Below, in pieces: positions 63,257 through 64,000 of a stretch of DNA of 64,000 nucleotides. The translations under genes and the position numbers were made by a program. The notes under the pieces were generated by a model. It ran no database searches. It was not told the DNA's origin and saw only the letters and a program-made list of their open reading frames with translations. The DNA comes from Gemmatimonadota bacterium. Its GTDB lineage: Bacteria; Gemmatimonadota; Gemmatimonadetes; Gemmatimonadales; GWC2-71-9. The DNA is taken from NCBI GenBank assembly GCA_039588335.1, contig JBDGZZ010000001.1, positions 12,090-76,089 on the forward strand, written 5' to 3'. Each line of letters begins with the position of its first letter. Position 1 is the stretch's first letter.

Positions 63257-63960
63257 AGATTGGTCAAGTAGGCGGACAGGGTGATCGATCCTACCGCCAC
63301 TACGAGCAACCCGAACAGCAGGATCGTGCGAACATCCGAGTGGTAATGGTACAGCGACGGCACCTCGCCCTGGAATCCGCGCGCCAACATGGCCCGGTAG
63401 GTCCGTTCGCCGCGAGCGAACGAGCGTCCCAGAGCCGCTGCTGTGATACCTATAAGCAGCTGGCGCCATTTCCTCGCTCCGCCTCCTGCATTCCGGCTCA
63501 GAGCTGCACGCTTCATTCTCTCTACTTCGTCGACCAGGATATAGAGCAAACGGTACGCCAAGCCCAGCGAGGCGGTGACGCCTCTGGGAAGACGGAGCTG
63601 ACGCAAGGCCATGATCAGTTCGGGGAATCCGGTAGTGCTCACCAACACTATCGCGGCGCCGAGAGCCACCGCGGCTCGCCCTGAGGCAGAGCCAAACCGC
63701 AGCAGACCTTGGTCTGTCACGCTAAGCCAACCCAGCTGCAACACCGTCTCTCCCGGAACTAGGAACAGGAGGGCCACCGATGCAAACAGGACGAGCGCCA
63801 GCGGGCCTGACATTCGTCTGATGAGAACGCCGGCGGGGACGCGAGCCACAGCTGAGAGCAAAGCAACCAATACGGTGAACGCTGAGATTTGAACCCAGGC
63901 GCCCAGCGGGAGCGCCGCAGCTCCCACCGCCACCACAACAGTACCCAGCAGGCGGATCAC
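63253..63960 (-). CDS. cbiQ: ECF/cobalt transporter transmembrane component (CbiQ/EcfT)
   Basis: Polytopic protein with conserved C-terminal ARGERTYRAMLARGF. Start near the window edge, not verified. Confidence 0.8.
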   Translation of the reverse strand: MIRLLGTVVVAVGAAALPLGAWVQISAFTVLVALLSAVARVPAGVLIRRMSGPLALVLFASVALLFLVPGETVLQLGWLSVTDQGLLRFGSASGRAAVALGAAIVLVSTTGFPELIMALRQLRLPRGVTASLGLAYRLLYILVDEVERMKRAALSRNAGGGARKWRQLLIGITAAALGRSFARGERTYRAMLARGFQGEVPSLYHYHSDVRTILLFGLLVVAVGSITLSAYLTNL

Positions 63961-64000
63961 CGGAGGCGCCCGGGTTACCGGAGATTGTATGTGTGCGTAT

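Overview
64-kb stretch of a high-GC (about 60% by eye) diderm bacterial chromosome, densely coding on both strands. I saw no rRNA, CRISPR array, transposase, integrase or phage genes. Recognisable content:
- Signalling: an OmpR-type two-component pair; two tandem paralogous PAS-rich hybrid histidine kinases; an HD-GYP regulator; an AraC-receiver/CheY/MerR operon; a LivK-like binding protein coupled to an MCP.
- Metal and redox: two class-I c-type cytochromes; a DtxR-FeoA/FeoB iron operon with a candidate iron box; CbiO/CbiQ.
- Envelope: Omp85; a TonB-dependent receptor with a DUF4249-like lipoprotein; LepB; a PD40 propeller.
- Metabolism and housekeeping: tryptophanase-family lyase; CspA; tRNA-Cys(GCA); glnA; a futalosine-type Mqn protein; LemA plus M48 protease; a PlsB-like acyltransferase; PruA; a YhaM-like nuclease with archease and RtcB.

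Gene content loosely suggests a Gemmatimonadota-like lineage; this is inference only.

Most interesting items:
1. An outer-membrane barrel carrying its own CXXCH haem motif, coupled to a CX4CH cytochrome-like lipoprotein (59316-60873).
2. A ~600-nt ORF-free, hairpin-dense gap beside archease-rtcB, closed by a minus-strand intrinsic terminator (45108-45714). It is a candidate large structured RNA.
3. A 53-aa lipoprotein absent from the ORF track, with a tandem C-x3-TWQGSGT repeat, next to a perfect 12-nt direct repeat and a three-regulator operon (36492-38655).
4. A DtxR-FeoA-FeoA protein with a hydrophobic N-terminus, preceded by an iron-box-like palindrome.
5. Three gene relics: SSF transporter, S1C protease and receiver domain.

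All coordinates and motif matches were worked out by hand. No database search, folding or HMM was run.
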